This document shows, one piece after another, positions 13,709 through 27,700 of a stretch of 64,000 bases of DNA; position 1 is the first letter of the stretch; each line of letters starts with the position of its first letter. The translations under genes and the position numbers were made by a program. Under the pieces are notes generated by a model that made no database searches, had not been told where the DNA came from, and saw only the letters and a list, made by a program, of their open reading frames with translations. The stretch lies in assembly GCA_951406725.2 (NCBI GenBank), contig OX597825.1, positions 85,374,001 through 85,438,000 on the forward strand, given 5' to 3'. This DNA is from Octopus vulgaris (lineage: Eukaryota).

Positions 13709-14257
13709 AGTGAGAGAGCAGTGCATGCCATCAAAGTGACACAGAGGTAAAATATACGAAGCCCAATATACCCATCATGACTACCCGTCTGATAAGGGTA
13801 CACCAGACACATGCATCACAACCATATGTGCGCGACATGGTGATCTCATATCAAGATAAACAGCGCATGACGTTGCAGGTGGGGCCCAGTTAGAATTTTC
13901 TTCTGGTCGAGTAACACATCCCGCTCAAAAGGACCCTGAATAAGGGTTGTTTAAGAATGTTGAACGAAACACCCATGTTTCCAGAGGTGAATTATTCAAA
14001 CCCCAAAGAATCCCTCTCAACACACGGCTATGATGCCCCCTCCCCACTACTTCTGCTCGTGATCAGAGATGCACATATCGTTAGCCAGCAAGGGACATGC
14101 TTAACTGGTTATGGTCAAGCAAATCTGTGGTATTGAGCAGAATATTTGCTGTAGCCCATCTTTTATACCAAGACCAAACAATGTACATGATAACACTTCC
14201 AATCAGTTAAGATCAGAAGCCATGAGAGCCACTGCCTGGTACTGCATCAGGGCATTT
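13709..14257. mobile_element. ~550-bp dispersed repeat embedded in (TTA)n
   Basis: Close second copy at ~36155-36610; this copy has (TTA)n on both sides. Confidence 0.75.
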
Positions 14258-14947
14258 ATTATTATTATTATTATTATTAAAAATGAGTACCATCTCAATG
14301 CTAGTGCATCCCTCTCTGCCCCCAGCTATCACATTCTCGATGCTGTATTAAGAATAGGAGGGGTGAGAGAGTGTCTATATCTACCCGCTTCTAGAGAGCT
14401 CAGACAATCAATAAAGCCTGCTACATGTTACTGAACAACACTCGCTCACTGGTGACCGCCATGGATCTCTCAACTTATCTATGTCACACCAGGTCATTGA
14501 GAAAACATAAATATCTTTCTCTTTAAACAACAGAATACCAAAATTTGAAGAGAAAATTCTTAAACTAACGATGTTCAGATATGCTGATATCCTGAATAAC
14601 AGAAAAGGGTTCTCGTGGTATAAAAGATTGTCACGAAAGACACCGAACATGAACTTTGGTGAGTGTCGTGTATAGTTGTGTGGTAGACACAACAGTCGTC
14701 TAAGATTAGCGAGTCATAGAGTATCTTCATGTTCATACGTTGTGTTTGTCAGCGGTGGGAACACAAGTCAAAGCGGATCATGGATTAATATTTGATGTTT
14801 ACAAATCGGTAGATAACGGGGATTATAAAAGTTCATATACATACATATATATATATATAAATATATATATATACACATATGTATGTATAAATATATATAT
14901 ACACACATATGTATGTATAAATATATATATATACTCTACATACATAC

Positions 14948-14978
<31 letters not shown>

Positions 14979-15499
14979 TATATATATATAAAATACATAC
15001 ACGTGCATGTATATGTATATATATATATATTGATATATATATATATATATACACATAGAGATGCATAGATTTCTGTGTATATATTGCAATGAAATATACT
15101 TTATATAGTTGCCAACATTGTCTGGTGAGAAAGTCAACATGTTGGGGAGAGTAGAACGGATGGGTTAATCATTTCTGACTCAGTCAATTCTACTGTTGCT
15201 TCAGGTCGACGAAAGCCTGGTCGATGTATTTGGTAGATGGAAACTGAAAGAAGCCCGTCGTATATATACATATGTATCTGTGTGCCGCACAGCACCGCTT
15301 GACAACCGGTCTTGGTGCGTTTATGTCCCCGTAATTTAGCAGTTCGGCAAAAGAGGCCGATAGAACAAGCATCAAGCTTTAAAAAAAATAAGTTCATAAG
15401 TCGACTGGTTCGACTAAAAGTTCTTAAAGGCGGTGCCCCAGCATGGCAGCAGTCTAATGATTGAAGCAAAACATAAATTACACAAATAGACATATGATA

Positions 15500-15680
15500 A
15501 AGATAAAGGCTGTCCTCTCACGATCGAGGAAGACTATCGCTGACCATTGCCTGTACATGAAGTTACTGCACTCGCGGTCGACTTCACCCAGGTTCGCGCC
15601 CGCACCTTCCACATCCTCGACTGGGCATCGGAAAGTTGCCTCGATGGCGATTGCACAACCCAAAATCTCAGATCCAATAA
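15500..15680 (-). mobile_element. Probable RTE LINE 3' end
   Basis: Degenerate C-terminal zinc-finger-like FRCP..GCGR, short 3' UTR and TTTATC tail. Confidence 0.4.
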
Positions 15681-15877
15681 CACTTGCACAGCACTTCACA
15701 TTTATACATTTTCATATTTCGTTCAAGTCATAGCTACTTAAGGGGTCAATCAGGGCTTCCCCAAATATCTGACGTCGATAAGTTCCTCTTTATTGACTAT
15801 ATTTATATTTTTCTCCTGCATACATCACCGACACATCATTATGTACTCTTATACACCTTTAAAGTATAGGTTGGACC

Positions 15878-16180
15878 TACGATTGTGAGGTTGTCAGTTC
15901 GATCCCCGGACCTGGCTGCATGTTGTGTTCTTGAGCAAGACACTTTATTTCACGTTGCTCCAGTTCACTCATCTGTAGAAATGAGTTTCGACATCAGTGG
16001 TGCCAAGCAATTGGACCCTTTGCTTTTCCCTTGGATAACATCGGTGGCATGGAGAGGAGAGGCTGGTATGCATGGGCGACTGTTGGTCTTCCATAAACAA
16101 CCTTGCCTAGACTGTGCCTTGGAAGGTAACTTTCTAGATGCAATCCCATGGTCATTCACGACCGAAGGGGGTCACTCCAG
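15878..16180 (+). mobile_element. tRNA-derived SINE with V/CORE-like domain
   Basis: B box GTTCGATCC followed by GTTGTGTTCTTGAGCAAGACACTTTA. Confidence 0.6.
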
Positions 16181-16593
16181 AATGACAGAAAGCAAAGCTA
16201 AAGTTGGGCGAAATTTGAATTCCAAATGGGAAGAGATGCAACTGTATTATCACAAGAAATATTGTTCGTTGCTCTACCGTTTCTATGCCATACACTGCAA
16301 TTAAGTCATTTCTGGTATAAACACAATGCCACAAAGAATGAAATATTGCAAAGGGACACTTGCTGAAAGTGCCATACAGTGAGATTGAACCCAAGATCAC
16401 ACGATTGGGAAGCAAGCTTCTTACCCACACAACCACACCTGCATCTTAATCAGATCACACACACACACACAGAGTTCAGGTGTACCCAAAGGAGATGGAT
16501 ATAACGTGGCTTGATGGTCAGAGCATGTTAGAAACCAAAACTACAAACAGGTAACAAACAACAACAACAACAACAATAGTTTGTAGCAAATGT

Positions 16594-16599
16594 TTTAAT
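16594..16599 (-). terminator. Candidate PPIH polyadenylation signal ATTAAA
   Basis: ATTAAA ~65 nt after the stop, followed by a GU/U-rich (TTG)n tract on the minus strand; no transcript evidence. Confidence 0.4.
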
Positions 16600-16662
16600 T
16601 AAAAATATCTTCGTTATCCACCCCCCACTCCCATCCTCCCACCCCCACCCGGTTCCTCATTT

Positions 16663-16772
16663 TCACATTTCTCCGCACTGAGAGATGACAACAGGTAATT
16701 TGGGTTTGTTGTTTGGTCCTGTTGGTACATTCTCGATTTTGCGTAAAACCAGCAAACCATCAATCACTTTGC
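16663..16772 (-). CDS. PPIH: PPIH exon 7 ([35 protein letters not shown])
   Basis: Acceptor gcacag; TGA at 16665-16663. Confidence 0.96.
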
Positions 16773-18717
16773 CTGTGCGGGAGAAAAAAAAGCAAAACAA
16801 ACAAACATTGTATAGGTGTATGTGTCAGTATATATACACTCGCACGTGCACACACACATACACGTGTGTGTGTATGTGTGTGTGTATTATAATGCTGGAA
16901 GACACATTTAAAAAAAAAAAACCAAATATAATTTGATTAATGGCAGCATGGAATTCATTAAAATAGAACCAGATTAAATGATGGATAGTGATGACAACAA
17001 TGCTGATGATGATGATGATGATGACGATGATGATGATGATGATGATGACGATGATGATGATGATGATGACGGTGATGATGACAACAACGATGCTGACGAT
17101 CATGATGATGATGATGGTGATGATGAGGGTGACGAAGAGGATGATAATGATGACGACAATGCTGATGATGATGAAGAGGATGATGGAGATGATGACGACG
17201 ACGATACCGATGATGGTGATGATGGTGATGATGATGGTGGTGGTGGTGATGATGACGATGAAGATGAAGAGGATGATGATGATGATGACAATAATGAAAA
17301 GGAGGATGCTGGAGATGATGATGATGATGCAGATGACGAAGCCGGTGATGATGACGTTAACGATGTCGATGATTACAATGAAGAGAAAATGACACAATGG
17401 TACATAAAAAAAACATTTTAAATAACATTTCATTTTTAATTCTTATTCATCATCACCATCATCACTGCTAACGACTCTCGGTCATTGACACTAATTATCT
17501 TTGACTGCCTCAACAATATCCTCCCCCCACACACACACACAGACTCTGACAAGTAATTACAGGCATTAATTTATCGTGAGTTTTCCAAGTCACGAGACCC
17601 TTCCTAAGTTACAGGACTATTTACTCTCAAGGGATTTCCAAGGGAACGATAATACAAAATAACAACACACAGCATCGTGCATGTTGTGCTTGATATATCT
17701 TAATGCATGCATCATCATCATCATCACCATCATCATTTAGTGTCCATTTTCCATGCTGGATATAAATATACATAAATGTATGTGTGTGTGTGTTTGTGTG
17801 TGTGAGTGTGTGTGTGTGTGTGTATGTATGTATATATATATATATATATTACAGAGATGTACACTACCGTCAGAAATTAATTAGCACCCTTGATTTGCTC
17901 TTCACTCAAGGTATGTGCTGTCACCTAGTGGCCATATCTCGAACTATTGCTTTGTTGCGAGTTCACTGTTGCGCAGAACGATGACGTAACTTTGTTTGCA
18001 GAGCAGTTTGAGAGTCTACAGCCTTATGATGTTGACATAGCAGTGCAACAACAACTTGGAGTGCGGATGCAGACAAATCTTCCTTTGTTTAATAGATATA
18101 GGTAGCGCCTCGCAAGGACCGAAATCACACCATACTAAGTTTTCTCATCGCGTAAGACGTTTTGAACAGCTCATAGGTTAATTGATTTAACCTATTTAAT
18201 GTAGAAATTTGAGAAGTGCTAATTAATTTCTGACGCAAGTGTACTTGCATAGCAAGTGACTTGATCTGAGAAGGTGTGCTGAAACAAAAACAATTGCAGC
18301 ATTGAAGATGTTTGTAAGCCATTTAAGAACACAAAAAAAAGCTGTTAGATTCACTTCAACATTTAAATTTAATTTGTGTCAAAATATTTTCATTACTTTG
18401 AAACCATGAGCTGTTCACTGACAAAACTTTGTGCTAAGTCGCAGTTTCAAACTGACAAACATCTTCAATTCTGCAATTATAGATATCATCATCATCATCA
18501 TTTAACGTCTGCTTTCCATGCTAGCATGGGTTGGACGATTTGACTGAGGCTGGCGAACCAGATGGTTGCACCAGGCTCCAGTCTTGATCTGGCAGAGTTT
18601 CTACAGCTGGATACCCTTCCTAACTCCAACCACTCCATGAGTATAGTGGGTGCTTTTACGTGCCACCGGCATGGGGGCCAGTAAGGCGACACTGGTAACG
18701 ATCACGCTCGAATGGTG

Positions 18718-18751
<34 letters not shown>

Positions 18752-21700
18752 CAATATATATATATATACACATACATACATATATATATATATATAGTTA
18801 GATAGATAGATTGATAGACAGATAATGTGTGTGTGTGTAGGAAAACAAAGCTGTACATATTATTGAGCACCAACACCCAAATGAAAAGGATCCCTGTGCA
18901 AACCCTTAAGGTATCAGCCTTTGATACAGTCAATCTAAAATATTATTTACTATAAACAGGTTTCTGAAATCTTTATACTTTTATTGTGTGTATATATATG
19001 TATGTATACATCTCTCTCTTTCCTCTACATGTATACGTATATATGATGATCATCAACATCTTTAGACACCCGTCTTGCAAGATGGAATGATACTTACCAA
19101 ATACAACGTGTTTGGAGTCGAGGAAGTCACATTTAGCACAAGTAATGAAGAACTGGCAACCGTTGGTGTCTTTCCCGCTGTTGGCCTGAAATAGGAAACA
19201 GTATTTTTTAGAAAAGGTAACCAGTTAAATACAGGGACAACAATGCCACCAACTTCTCCATTCCTGCAAGGGTCAGGCAGTAGTCCCTAAGGTGGGTTTT
19301 CTAAGGATGCATGCACTTTCTCTAACCTTCATTTATTTTCCAAGCAAGGTAATATTTTCCCTCCTCCTTTGAACACAGAAAGCACAAAGGACATATTTTC
19401 ATGGAAGATTCCACATGAGGACATCACTTGTATGATGAAAATCTTAGTTTACAAAGAGTCTGTGATGCCAAGACAAAGAGGCATAAATGCATCTACTACA
19501 CTAAACCATACAAGACAAAAATACATATGTATGCGTATGTATTATGTGTGTGTGTGTATGCATGTGTAACAAATGTTTGTTTCAGTAGTTTCTGCCAATC
19601 AAAGTCACTCACAAGGCTTTGGTTTGATCAAGGTTCTTGAAGAAGAAACTTGCCTAAGAGCTGTTGCACAGTGGGATTGAACCTAAGGAACATGTGGTTA
19701 CAAAGCAAAGTTCATAACCACGCAGCTATGCCTACATCTAAATGCAGGTAAAACAGACAAAAAAACAAGTCTTGATTACAGATAATCCACATTACAGACA
19801 CACACACACACACACACATAACAGCTTTAATAGTAATGTAAATTTGTGCTCAATGCTGTGATTAGCAGCCATGTATAGATATAAATACATCTACATGTAT
19901 GTATATCTACATATGTATATATGTATAAGTACATGTGCAAATATGACATATCACACACACACACACACACATTAAGCAGAGTAAAATATAATCTCACTTT
20001 CACAATTTCATTTGGGGAAAAAAAGAATTATTTTTATTGTCAGATTAATGAATTAAGTTCACTAAATTTTCTAGAAACAAAAAAAAAAAATACTGAGTAT
20101 ATAACTGAAATATAATATTATATTCATATATATACATATAAATATATACATATCTATATATCTATCTATATATATATATATATGTATACATACGCACACA
20201 CACGCACATATATATACACATAATGTGACAAATAAAAATATATACACATACATATGCATACACAGTTGGCATTGATGAAACTGTCAGTGCCAATGACAAG
20301 CACTGGCTGTCACGTGTGTGTGTGTGTATTTGTGTGTAGTCAGTGTGTGTGTGTGTGTGGATATTTACACAGACCTATATACACAAACGGAGAAGCCAGA
20401 CGGATAAAGAGAGGAAAATGATTGATTTAATATCTTAATGCAGAAGAATATCAGATTTAATTGAAATACACAGAGAAAAAAGACAGGAGCGTGTGTGTGT
20501 GTGTGCCTCTGTGTGTGTGTGTGCCTCTGTGTGTGTGTGTGCCTCTGTGTGTGTGTGTGCCTCTGTGTGTGTGTGTGCCTCTGTGTGTGTGTGTGAATAG
20601 TTTCTTTTGTCTGTCAGAGAGAATCTAAGACTCTGGAACTTTTCAGTTTCTCTCCAAGATACAGACATGGGTAATGCAGTCCAAGACAACATCAGGCATA
20701 CAGGATGGTCAAGGCTGGAATGGCCTAGTTCGGAAGTCTACTGGTTAAGGGTTGACCTAGGGCTAAACAACAGCCACACAGAACTCTCAATACAACTCAA
20801 TGGCTGCTACTGCTGCTGCTGAACCTGTTGAATACATCTTCATTCACTGAGTGACCCCTTTTCCTATCCTTGGAGATGAATTCTTTCAGCTTTCCTCACA
20901 GGGCTTTGGTTACCTAGGGCTATAACACCTGTCTAAGGCACAGTACAGTGAACCCAAAACTATGTCGTTTAGAAACAACCGCTTTAACCACACACCCATG
21001 TCTGCACTCATACACACACACACACACACACGCAAACACATACACACATATATATATACACACATACATACATAGACACACACACATATTTATATCAGTA
21101 ATAATAATAAAAGAGTAAAATAAAGTAATTAATTAATCAATTAATTAATTAATAATTTTACCAAGTAGTTTGGTACGTTAAAATAACCTTTTTAGGTAAA
21201 ATTATGCAAATATTCTACAATTATAAACATAATTATAATCAAGGGTCAGCTAATTGCTTTGCCATACACCGAATTTAGAAAAAGGAGATAAAATGCCTTT
21301 CCTACTCCCATAAATATCTCCCAGGCAGGACCTGGCAATCTAGTGACTGCATCCTCAATGTCTGTTTTGATATGGTCTTTTCAGCTCGATGCCTTTCCAA
21401 GTGACAACCACTGTACAGAGTGGTACATATATATATATATATATATAGTGTAATAAATAAAATATATGCATACATACATACATATATGTACATATCTACA
21501 TCTACATGTATATATACATGCATATATAAATATATATACGTGAGTACAGGACACCACAAATAGACGCAGAACTCAATGAGAAACGAAAACGTAAAAACAA
21601 ACATGGAAACGGACCTAAACGAAAAAAACAGAGTACAAGACAAACTACACAAGGAAAAATCTCCTTCATCAGCTGTCCCTAGTTCAACTCCAGCGTGTTT

Positions 21701-24700
21701 CGAAGGTGAGGACAGAACACGACTCGTGGAACTAGTCCTTCCTGCGAAGGAATTAAATAAAATTACTTTGCAGAGGGGTAAAAACAAGGAAAGTTAAACA
21801 TGTGACAAAAGACGATACAATTAAAATTACAAAATAAAATACAAAATAAAAATACAAAAAATAAAAATACAGAATAAAATTACAAGTATGAAAAATACAG
21901 TACAAGAAATAAAACAAACAATGAGGGCCTTAATGCTGGCCTAGACGAGGAAAGATTCTAAGAGTGCTCGAAGAACAGTGTTCACTGTTAGAATGCCAGC
22001 GGCGAAAGGAAGCAACTCACCCGGCTGTGAAAGAGATGAGGAGGAGTGAGAGAGGGAGAGATAGAGGAAGACAAGCGGCTGTGAGAGAGAGATGAGGAGG
22101 AGTGAGAGAGAGAGGGAGGGAGATAGGAAAGGAAGAGAAGGTCAAGCAAAGAGTTGTAGAGTTTCGCGTCACAATTATATGCATGTTTGTTTGTTTCCCC
22201 TGTCTTGACATTGTATGCTAACGATGCATAAAGCACCATCCTACAAATGGTGTTCTCTCCCCTGACACCTCAGCACACGTATTGTTGAGGGTCCACAAGT
22301 GCCACCAATGGCACAATTTGATCTTCTGTACAATCAAAATCAAATCTTGTTAAATGTAGAAACGCTACTAATAAACTGCTTGTCACATTTGTAGAAATCT
22401 AGGACCAGTCAAACAAAACCAATGAACAAGGGATCCAATATGTAGTCGCTTGAGCTGCCAGAAATAACAAGAAAAATCACCCACAAATTACACCATACTG
22501 TTTTGAAAGGAGAGAGACACATGAGTAGTGTATTCCTAGATACACCATGCTCAAAAGGCAGGGACAACAAAGTAGTCATGGCTGGTTAACCTTTGACTGT
22601 AGAGAACAACAACAAAGTAGAAAATTACCATTTTTAAATCTCACAACGAGAGATATTCAACAACAGTAGTTTTGAGTAAAGATTGTTTGGCAACATAACA
22701 TGGCAGTCCTGCTTTAGGCCGAATGTTTCTGTAATTTAGCCCCAGGAGACATTGTTTCCAGCTGGCTATACGACACAATCTGTGTCCTTGTTCAATCTTA
22801 TACAACATGATCTGTGTCCTTGTTTGAAAATATAAGGACACAGATTGTGTTGTATAGCCAGCTGGAGATGATGTCTCCTGGGGCTAAATTACAGCAACAT
22901 TCATTCTAAACCGGGACTGCTATGTTATGTTGGCAAACAATCTTTACTACAACAACAACAAAGTATCAAGAAAAAATATTTAATGTAGATTAGAGATGAG
23001 AGTGTGTGAAACTCTACTTACCATGGATAGTATTCCAGGGCCAGTGTGTTTTAAGGTGAAGTTTTCATCAGCAAACACATTACCAAATATACTCATCACC
23101 CCTGTACCATCACCCTAAAATCAGAGAAACAGAGAATACAAGGAGGCAGGTAAGAGAAGAGAGGCGGGAAGGTTTTGAGAAGAATTATAACCAGGATGAG
23201 GAATTCTCCCACCAAAGACAACGGATAAGTGTTTTGCTTTGTTGCCAAGCAACCTACACAAATGATTTGTTTATAGCGATCAGGAGTGGCTGTGTGGTAA
23301 GTAGCTTGCTTACCAACCATATGGTTCCGTGTTCAATCCCACTGCATGGCACCTTGGGCAAATGTCTTCTACTATAACCTCGGGCCAACCGGTAGACAGA
23401 AACTGAAAGAAGCCCGTCACATATATATATATATATACCACACCACTACACCATACACCACATCACACCACCACGCACACACTAGCACTGACCACTACTC
23501 TGCCCCACATCCACACATCAAGGTCACCAGCCCCTTTCCACATGCACATACATGCTCTCTTATACACATGCACACTCACCTTCTTTTTGGGATCACCACT
23601 ACTTTATTATCTCCCCTTTTTACTAGTTCTCCTGTGTGACCCCTCTGTCTGGTATTCGCCATGATAGATCGCTAGCCACTACACATTCCTTATCTTCTCT
23701 CCTTGTTTTTTTTATGTGTTCCCTTCTGTGGAAGAGCATAGGCTCAAAACGTTAAAGACTTTTTCACTTCCCGAGCGTTATACTAATACATCTGTTTGTT
23801 GTCTACACCACCTGTCTTCGTCTTTTTTGTTTTTTTTTGTGAATTCCCTTATATGTGTGTGTGTGTGTGTTAATGTGTCTGTGGTTGTCCCCCATCATCA
23901 CTTGACAACCAATCTTGCTGTGTACTTACATTCCTGTAACTTAGCAGTTTGGCAAAAGTGACCGATAGGATAAGTACAAGGCTTAACAAAGAATACGTCC
24001 TGGGGTTAATATTTTCGACTAAAGCTGGTGCTCCAGCATGGCCACAGTCAAATGACTGAAACAAATAAAAGAATAAAAGAAAAAGGCAATGTGCTGGCAG
24101 AACTGTTAGTACACTCGGCAAAATGGTTAGTGACATTTCATCTGTCTTAACCCTTTCCTTACTATATTTCTGACCAAATTACACCCCTTATGTGTTTCAA
24201 TTAATTTCTAACGTAATCATAAATTTAGTTTGGTTTCATTAAACAACTATAACTTTTTTATTTATCGATATATTAATCTGATTTTTGGAAGATAATTTAA
24301 TGAAATATTCTCAACCAATTCTATACTATAATTTTTGTCACAAAGTGACTCTAATTGCAGGTAGATACAGGTAAATTCAACAAAATATAAAATTATAAAA
24401 ATTTTGTTCAAACATCGCTATAGAAAATGGGTTATTAGCTAATATTCAATTGGGTATACAACAAAATTTTACGATAGAATTTGTTATTCTGGGTAACTTT
24501 CTGATACCCATAATAATATTTACGGCAAAATAGTCTTAATTTCATTTAAGGTTATGGGAAACCACAAACTATCGTTTCTTACGCTTTGTTTACGTTTAGC
24601 GTAACGGTTCGTTCTCGCCGTAATGATTTCAAATAGGCTCATTCGAAAAAGTAAAAAGAAGTAGTCTAAGGCTTTACTCTTCTGGGAAAGTCTGTGACTT

Positions 24701-27700
24701 GGTCCAGTTTCTTCAGAAAAATCACCGAAAGAAACAGTTTTTAAATTTTCATTCCATTCAGGTGCCAATTCATTTTCTTTATCGCTGTCGATCTCGGTTT
24801 CATAGTTTTCACTTTCGGAAAATGAAACATCAGATTCATTATCAAATACCACATGCTTTTTTTTTTCAGTCATAGAGTTAGATTTATGAAGGTCTTCAGT
24901 AGAAAATCCTTCGAATTCTGACTCGCTGCTTGATATAATGAAATTCGTATCCATTTTTTGTCAGAATTACAAATTTTGAAAACACAATAGGAACAAATTT
25001 CGGAAAAAAATCTCCCAAAATTCACGGAATTAAAATTACACTTTGATTATTGTACAAAACTGTAGTTGAACTCTTTACGAAGTATAATACGTGTTTTCAC
25101 GAATGTACTGAAGAGATTTGCTCTGATATTCTCATTTAAATATGAATAGGTAAATTCGGGCGGCTTTGGGCGGTTTGGTTTCATTAACCAAAATTTTTTT
25201 CGGGCGGCTTTGGGCGGTTTGGTAACGAAAGGATTAATGCTCTGAGCTCAAATTCCAGTAAGAACAGAAAGATAAGTTTGGGAAGAGACATGGGCAAGAG
25301 AAATGAAAAAGTTACTGAAACTTACATTAACAAAATCTCCTCCTTGGACCATGAAATCTTTGATAACCCTGAAAGGAGAGAAGACAAGATTAGTTTTTTT
25401 TTTGTTTGAAATATAAGGTATCTCCTTTTCTTAACATACAAGTTCAGCCCCAACTGTGTAAAGTAATTGAAGGGATTATGTCACAGATTTTATCAGTTGT
25501 TTGCTGGTAAGTAAAACAAAAAAGGCAATGATATGACTGGTTTCTAGTTTTCTTAGATCTTCAAAAGAAGTGTATATCATAGAGAGAGATCTGTGACTTA
25601 TAGACCAGTTATAATATCTAGAAGCTAGAACTCAGGTAAACTGGAGAGTCTAATTTGCATAACACTGCACAAATGGAGAAATTAATTCATTCATTGACCA
25701 TGTTATAACACAATGGGTCTTTGTAGGCTGTTTTGTTTTGTTTTTGGTAATTTTCTCATATCCATACAAAATTATTTGCCTACATTTATCAGGTTTGATG
25801 AGAAGAACCCTTCAAGCAGATGGCACGTAAAAGCACCCATCACACTCTCAGAGTGGTTGGCATTAGGAAGGGCATCCAGCCATAGAAACCACACCAAACC
25901 AGACTGGAGTCTGGTGCAGCTTGCCAGCCCTGGTCAAACCATCCAGCTCATGCCAGCATGGACAACGGACATTAAATGATGATGACGATGATAATGATGA
26001 TGCATGATGATGATTTCACAGCAAGGTTAAAACTGTATATTAATCTTTCTGTTGCCATATTTCTTTTGAAATACCCGGCCCTTGTTTCAATTACGAAAAA
26101 GGTAAATAAATAAAAAGGGTGGGGAGAAAGACTACTCACCTGTGAAATGTTGAACCTTTGTAACCGACAGGGACTCCATCTTTTCTATATTCACCCGTAC
26201 AGAATTGCCTGGAACAGATAAAATACAGCATCAAAGACAGAAACTACATCAGTGGTGTTCAGGTTATCAACTAGGGTCCAGAAAACCCTTGGGGCTTCCC
26301 CCATAATCGTACAGGGTGGGGCCAGAATTCATGACTCACTTAATTTTGTTTCTTAACATGTTTATTTTATTGTTACTGTATTGCTTAAATTTATTATTTT
26401 ATTTCTTAAAGCTCCACATTGCTCCAGCAGGGGGTGCTGGCGAACCCTGCTCTTTCACCACAACTTTCTCTCACTCTTCCTGTTTCTGTTGTATTTCAAA
26501 GGGTCCGGCCTTGTCACACTGAATCTCCCCAAGAACTACGTTAAGGGTACACGTGTCTGTGGAGTGCTCAGCCACTTGCACATTAATTTCATGAGCATGC
26601 TGTTCTGTTGAACTGGAACCCTTGTACAGAAGCAAAGTCCAAACAGCTCCAAGTCAAATCCTCTCTCCCCATACACAACCTCAAGCACATTGGTCAACTG
26701 TGTCCCCTCTTTATTTCTTGAACTGCTACTACTACAACCCATACACCTCTGAAACTGCAGACAGATATTTTATCTTCTTGTTTCAGTCATTAGGCTGCGG
26801 CCAAGCTGGGGCACTGCCTTGAAGAAATTTCAGTGAAATGGACCGAGCTAGATACTTTTTTTTTTAAAGTCAGGTATTTATTTTATCAGACTCTTTTGCT
26901 GAACCACTAAGTTGTAGAAACATAAACACACCAAGAACAGTTGTCAAACAGTGGTGGTGGACAAATACTAACACACACACACACATATATGAAGGCTTCT
27001 TTCAGTTTCCATCAACCAAATCCACTCACAAGGTTTTGTTCAGCCTGAGGGTGATAATATAAGACACTCATACAAGGTGCCACGCAGTAGGATTGAACCC
27101 AGAACCATGTGGTCGGGAAGCAAGCTTCTTACCACATTGTCATGCCTGTGTCTATGTTCTTCAACTCGATGTACCAGACGCCCTTCCTCCCCCCACCTTC
27201 GATGTATCTTATTTCTTTCTCACAACCACTTTGTCCAATCCTTCTGCAGAAGGCTCACATCCCACTGTAGCTCCTTCTTTGCTAATCATCCACCCCCTCC
27301 CGCTCGACTACTCATCTTCTATTAACCACATTGGTTACAATAACCTTCCAGTCCCACATTAAACTGAATGCTGGCTTCAACAAGTTCATTAAACCACCCC
27401 AACGATAACTTCACTTGAACATGTCTACCACGGATTACATAAAATAAAGTCCCCAAAATTGCTGAAATGACTAAAAAAAACAGTTGAGAAGTGAACATCA
27501 GAAAACAGATTCAGTTAGAAACAAACAAAATACATGGAAAAAGAAAAAGCAAAAACAAAAACACATCTGAACCAAGTAAGTATGGAAGAACATAGGTGCA
27601 ACAATAAAGAAATGTTTTATAAAACTAAAGAATGGCTTTTACCTGAAATTCTCAGCTGTTCTGGGAACACCTTCAGCAAAGAGTTCAAATTTGATTCGTC

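Noticed and set aside
16825-17433. Asp/Ile/Met/Ser-rich ORFs (also 49718-50196, 51364-52078, 55226-55724, 56897-57313, 62165-62538)
   Set aside because: Stop-free translations of trinucleotide repeats in several frames; no splice or domain support.
22745-22790. GAAAC-AAU-GUC on the minus strand of the intron 5 fold-back
   Set aside because: No core 5' half, and the other arm does not conserve GAAAC.
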